From positions 1,300,083 through 1,326,970 of the forward strand of contig NW_019091355.1 in the NCBI RefSeq assembly GCF_001949145.1: DNA of 26,888 nt, read 5' to 3'. Under the pieces are notes generated by a model. It worked only from the letters and a program-made list of their open reading frames with translations, ran no database searches and had not been told where the DNA came from. The position numbers and the translations under genes were made by a program. Below, in pieces: positions 22,484 to 26,888 of this stretch; position 1 is the stretch's first letter, and every line of letters starts with the position of its first letter. Source of the DNA: Acanthaster planci (taxonomy: Eukaryota).

Positions 22484-23166
22484 CTAAAAGGAACAAAACT
22501 TTGCTATCAATTCACCAAAACTGATTTTTTTCATACTCTGCCTCTAATAACAGTGAACTGCATATCTTTGGCCCAATTCCTTGAAGTTGCAATTGCAACG
22601 AAATTAACTATGCCCACTAATTAGCCACCAAAGTTCTCTGAAATTTCCGCAAGCCAAGGTGATGATGATACAGCGAATTTGAGGTCCAAATCTGAACTCT
22701 TCTCAAGAACACCTCAGGAGATGAGAAAGTATAGCTCTATTTCCTGCAACAAGAAAATAACCTTAGAAGACAAACAAGTTTTTAAGATATGGTAGGTTCA
22801 TTTGGTTGCAAGGGCAGAGCCACGGTGGAGAAGGACAAGAACGATGGCCTAAAGATCCTCCAAGTTTGTTGTTTTTTATAAGGAGAAGCAAGTTTTTGTT
22901 GTCTATTTCATTTCCCTTCCTTCAAAAAGCATGTAAAAAACTGCAAAATGTAGCCTCAACCCTCAGAAATGCCATCACAGGTTACATGAAAACATGATAT
23001 GTCTTGTCTTCTCCCCCCTACCACGGAAATTTTGTTCTGGATCTGCCCTTGTTGGTTTAAACTGTAAATACTGGTAAATGACTTCAAAGCCTGTGACAAA
23101 AACGACATCAGCATTTGGAAAAATAGTCTGGGTTATGTAAAACTTTCCAAAACAATCCTGGCATAC

Positions 23167-23269
23167 CGCCATAGTAGTACTGGTCAACTGTCTTGAGCCA
23201 TCCAACATCATCGTGAGTATGGGGCACGAGATGAACATTCAGCATCCCTGGAACTGTGGATGGACATGC
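23167..23269 (-). CDS. MAN2B1: MAN2B1 exon 2
   Basis: [34 protein letters not shown] (HxHDDxGW Zn-binding motif); 103 nt. Confidence 0.97.
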
Positions 23270-23868
23270 CTAGAGAAATTTCAAAAGGGACACACAAAAG
23301 GATATAGGCCTATTTAATTAAGTGTTTCCTTGCTCTACGATTTAATATCATCTTCAGCTGTTCACTACTTTGGGTTGAAGGGAGGGGGACAGAATTTGTA
23401 GACACGATTTCACAAAAATTAGTGATGCATGTACATATGCAAATTACCTTACACCCAATTTTCTGAAGCAGGTGAGGTAGGCCTACATACATGCAGCTAG
23501 ACCAGTTGAATAAATTATTAAATACTAGGTCTGACAACCCTTCTTGAACTTCAACATGTTCAAAGCACTTAATTTTTTTCCAACCAACTATCAATAATCA
23601 GACTAAGTACATCATGCAGTGCATGGGCCAATGGACATATCGCATTGGCCCAGTCACTATTGTGATGAACGGTCACCTTGCGCCTTATGTGACACCACGA
23701 CCTTTTCGTCCCATAGTACTATGCGTGCCATTTCCTTTCTACGGCAGTAATGAACCCACACCCTCTGACCCTAGCTGCACACACGACAAGATAACAACGC
23801 AACGTCACTTCAGCCTGGTGGTGCCTCATAATATTTTCTCATTAAAAAGGATCGTTTGAATGGCCTAC

Positions 23869-23946
23869 TTCATATCCACATGTTGCCAGAACACCTCTTG
23901 ACGCATAGGCTAGGAAAGACAGGAGTGTGATGAGACGAAGATGCAT
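23869..23946 (-). CDS. MAN2B1: MAN2B1 exon 1 (signal peptide)
   Basis: AAAATG start; MHLRLITLLSFLAYASRGVLATCGYE has a hydrophobic signal followed by CGYE; GAA|GTAGG donor, phase 0. Confidence 0.9.
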
Positions 23947-23981
23947 TTTGGGCAACAACACAAGGCGCTGCCGTCCATAAG

Positions 23982-24018
23982 CACGTGATGTCGGCCAAGT
24001 CATGTGATGAGTCATGTG
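23982..24018. promoter_or_regulatory. Cluster of three MiT/TFE-type boxes (CLEAR-like E-box plus two M-boxes)
   Basis: CACGTGA 23982-23988, AGTCATGTGA 23998-24007, AGTCATGTG 24010-24018, immediately upstream of a lysosomal hydrolase ATG. Confidence 0.7.
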
Positions 24019-24265
24019 GAAGCTAAAAAGAAGAGGATGAAATAGAGGGCGCTGTGCTTATGAACAGTTAATTCAATTTCTAAACTACGACCTTCTTCCA
24101 AATGTGGCTTCATCGCTGATATCAATTACAAAATACTTCCATCTTTTGGTTGCCCGCTAATAGCATGCACTGTGAATCCCTAGTATCAAACTAGAACTTT
24201 CATCCAGCTGAAAAACCTCAAAATCAGGGGTAAAAATTATGCTGAGCCAATTCGTATGTCTAACA

Positions 24266-24273
24266 TGACGTCA
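24266..24273. promoter_or_regulatory. Perfect CRE (TGACGTCA) in the divergent promoter, CCAAT at 24247-24251
   Basis: Consensus palindrome in the CpG-rich spacer between two divergent ATGs. Confidence 0.5.
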
Positions 24274-24557
24274 ATCATACGCGTGTCAATCAATAATAAT
24301 CGATAGCACCTACGAATGATGCGCGGTGTCGATGCGTCGGGCGTGATTTTTCATCACGCATACTGACCGTACACGCAGTGGACACGTAAGCAGTATTACG
24401 TTATTAAAACAACGTGGAAAGCGGGAAGTGAAAAAATCGGATCTTCGCCAAACTAGGCTACATGTACCACCGTACCCTCCTGGGTACCGTGTGACTATGA
24501 GCTCAGCCATTCAAAACTGAGTAATATAATAAGTTCAAATAACCCAATCAATTCATC

Positions 24558-24717
24558 ATGGCGGCGGAGCAGACGAGGAAGCGGCGTTCTGTTGTGTTGA
24601 CAGCGCTCTTGTTGCTCTGTATGTTACTGTTACTAGAGTTACCAGGAATTCTGGCGGCACCGATCACATCCACCACAGCTGAGCATGTTGAGACAGATAA
24701 CGTGTCCGTGACTCAAG
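24558..24717 (+). CDS. Exon 1 of an unidentified secreted/membrane protein (signal peptide)
   Basis: ATCATGGCGGCG start; MAAEQTRKRRSVVLTALLLLCMLLLLELPGILAAP... has a basic n-region, Leu-rich core and ILA-AP cleavage-like site; CAAG|GTAGG donor, phase 1. Confidence 0.85.
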
Positions 24718-24864
24718 GTAGGCGTGGTGTGTGTTGGTCATCACGGACAAACTGTACTAAGCTAAGGAGCGCGGAAAGAGTTCCCCAGCTCCGGACAATA
24801 CACGTAGGGCCTACTCGTAGCCCAGTGGACGTGGGCGTCGTCTGTTGCAACTACATATACCATC

Positions 24865-25516
24865 CATGTAAAGTTCTCCTGCCATAGTGGAATTTTTCAA
24901 TAGCTTTTTCACACATTTTTCATGTTTTTACCTGGCAGAGGCAGCTCAAAATGTTGTTCACAAGTGCCTTATACATGATATAGGTACATGTTCCCCCAGA
25001 AGTGTGGGGTCCACTCCGCTTCTTGGAAGCAGAGCGGACGTCGGACCCCACAGTTCCAGGGGGTACCTTGTAGGCCAAGCCAGAATGCTGTTTTGAAATT
25101 ACTAAGTACGCCAGCGAACAATGTATTTTGCCAGAAATTTAGTACAACTCCACGCTTTCCATCGTGAGCGATCTACGTTCGTCTAGCATGTCTAGTACAC
25201 TGTATGTGGCAGTACACGTTTGTGCTTGCATGAAATACATAGCTACCGACTGCCCCCAACTGCATGCACAAATACTGGATGAATGTGGACTGTTCACCAC
25301 ATGTTCATGAATCACGCTAGGAAGCGTGGAGTTCCACTAAATTTCCTGTGAAAAACGTCTGTGGGCGTATTTGTTAATGTCAACACGGCATTTATGGAAT
25401 TCAGGAAACAATGCATTCGTGAACGACATTTTGAGCTGCCTCTGCCAGGTACATGTAAAAAATGTGAGAAAAAACTATTGACAAAATTTGGCTGTGGCTG
25501 GAGAATTTCATACATG
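24865..25516. mobile_element. Probable MITE/foldback element with about 100-bp imperfect TIRs in intron 1 of the plus-strand gene
   Basis: 24865-24967 is inverted-homologous to 25413-25516 (shared core TACCTGGCAGAGGCAGCTCAAAATGT); the ORF track shows YLAEAAQNVVH on both strands. Confidence 0.75.
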
Positions 25517-25759
25517 TACCCTGGACATCAGTCGTCCTGTAAATGAAGAAAACATCCAACCTAGTTGTAACATACATGACAGAGACCAACAAACATGTGA
25601 ATGGTGAAAAGGGAAAATTAGTGTTGTCCAAAACTGGAACTCTTTTCCCAAATGGTTTACCATGTTTGTACAGTGTATCCTTTTTGAGGTTAGACATGAA
25701 TCATTCTATAAATTCGCTGTCCAAAAGTGTGACGTGTTTGTGTCCCTGTTACCCCTGAC

Positions 25760-25996
25760 CTGTGCAGTTTCACTTGGACATATCATCAGGATTAATTTCA
25801 AACTATGACAGGAATCTGAATGGCGCTGTCCTCGAGCCACGCCCTGCAGAAGTTCATCAAGAATACTAATTTCAGCTTCTAGCTTAGCTATTTCTTCTTT
25901 GACAGATTTCGCGTTGGCTAATAATGGTGTTGATTGTTCTAAACGAGCGTGATGCATGTTTGAGAGATTCCCCTCAGAAGTCTGTTCGCTAGCCAT
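25760..25996 (-). other. Exon-like antisense ORF with coiled-coil character, nested in intron 1 of the plus-strand gene
   Basis: ATTATGG start; heptad-like VKEEIAKLEAEISILDELLQ; candidate donor CAG|GTCAGG at 25759. Confidence 0.3.
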
Positions 25997-26725
25997 AATA
26001 CATGTGCTTTAAATTATCAAAAACACACAATTTCCATTTAAAAGAAATAAGCCAATGCCGCTGCCACCAAAATTTGTAACGGGCCGAGCAGACTGGGGTA
26101 TAGGAAAATGAATACGAACTACAACCCTCTTACATGTATCTTGAAGACCCAGAAACTTGAGCTTATTTTGCATGTTTTGGCTGTTAACAATCTTATACAT
26201 GTGTGTAGATGGTTTTGAATAAACATGAAATGATATGCCCATTGTAATTCATGTAATTGTCCTGTCAATTTTTAGTGAAAAATCATGTTGGAAACATCAT
26301 TATTTCAGTGACCTCTACATGTAAATGTACAGTACATGTGTAGGTCGACATGTACATCTTCTGAAAAAGAGACAAAGTCCTCTTTAATTTTTACACAGGT
26401 TTCAGAATGTACCAGAAAAAAAGAAACAAAATATCTTGCTTTGCTGTACACCCGACTGTCACTCTTTGGAATCTCAAATTTGTGGCTAGTTGTACCCCTT
26501 AGTGTTGAAGTATAAAAAATATGTGTACTGTACTTGTATATGTTGGCAAAAAGGCTGGATTTGGAGGAAATGATTTCACTGTGGAATTGCATGTATGACA
26601 GATTGGATTTTACACAAATTACAATATGTAAATCACCTCCCCCTGCCCTGAAATAACACAATTAACACATAATAACAACGAGAACCTTCAACATCAACAC
26701 CATTTCCCTGCTTTCTCTGTTGTAG

Positions 26726-26888
26726 GCGACACAAATGTTGAAGGAAAGGAAAAAACTAAAGAAGTTGGTGTTGATGGAGGACTAGAAGACGATAAAGAAG
26801 GTGGAAAGAACAGAGAAGAAATCCCCACACAAGGCAGTAAGCAAACAGGGCAAGGAAGCACTGAAACAGGGAGTGAAGATAGACGAGA
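26726..26888 (+). CDS. Exon 2 (partial) of the signal-peptide protein; acidic Gly/Glu/Lys/Thr-rich
   Basis: Polypyrimidine+TAG acceptor at 26723-26725; phase 1 matches exon 1; open to window end: GDTNVEGKEKTKEVGVDGGLEDDKEGGKNREEIPTQGSKQTGQGSTETGSEDRR. Confidence 0.85.

Noticed and set aside
23624..23652. 10-bp stem hairpin in MAN2B1 intron 1
   Set aside because: Short, with no TSD or RNA-family motifs.
10306..23946. MAN2B1 pseudogene, minor (U12) introns or stop-codon recoding
   Set aside because: All 23 introns are GT-AG without the GTATCCTT signature, the frame is intact, and the stop is a tandem TAA TAG.

Overview
Eukaryotic (metazoan) genomic DNA: AT-rich, with GT-AG introns and many TACATGTA palindromes. 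The latter suggests a marine invertebrate, which is an inference only. Three genes are visible. (1) A CCSER1/2-like serine-rich coiled-coil gene on the minus strand, with a 1.7 kb first coding exon (4413-6112) and a probable 165-nt exon (1461-1625); the gene runs off the left end. (2) A complete 24-exon lysosomal alpha-mannosidase (MAN2B1, GH38) on the minus strand, 23946-10306. I assembled it by hand into one uninterrupted 2979-nt ORF (992 aa); the N-gap lies wholly within an intron. (3) The 5' end of a plus-strand gene for a signal-peptide-bearing, acidic low-complexity protein (24558 onward), head-to-head with MAN2B1 across about 610 bp. That spacer carries a CLEAR/M-box cluster and a CRE. 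Introns and intergenic DNA hold a hAT-type non-autonomous element with a perfect 8-bp TSD, several MITE/foldback hairpins, a tRNA-derived fragment and small tandem repeats. I found no unambiguous novel system. The best leads are the MiT/TFE-box bidirectional promoter, an exon-like antisense coiled-coil ORF phase-compatible with MAN2B1 exon 2, uORFs plus a palindrome at the CCSER start, and near-perfect hairpins.
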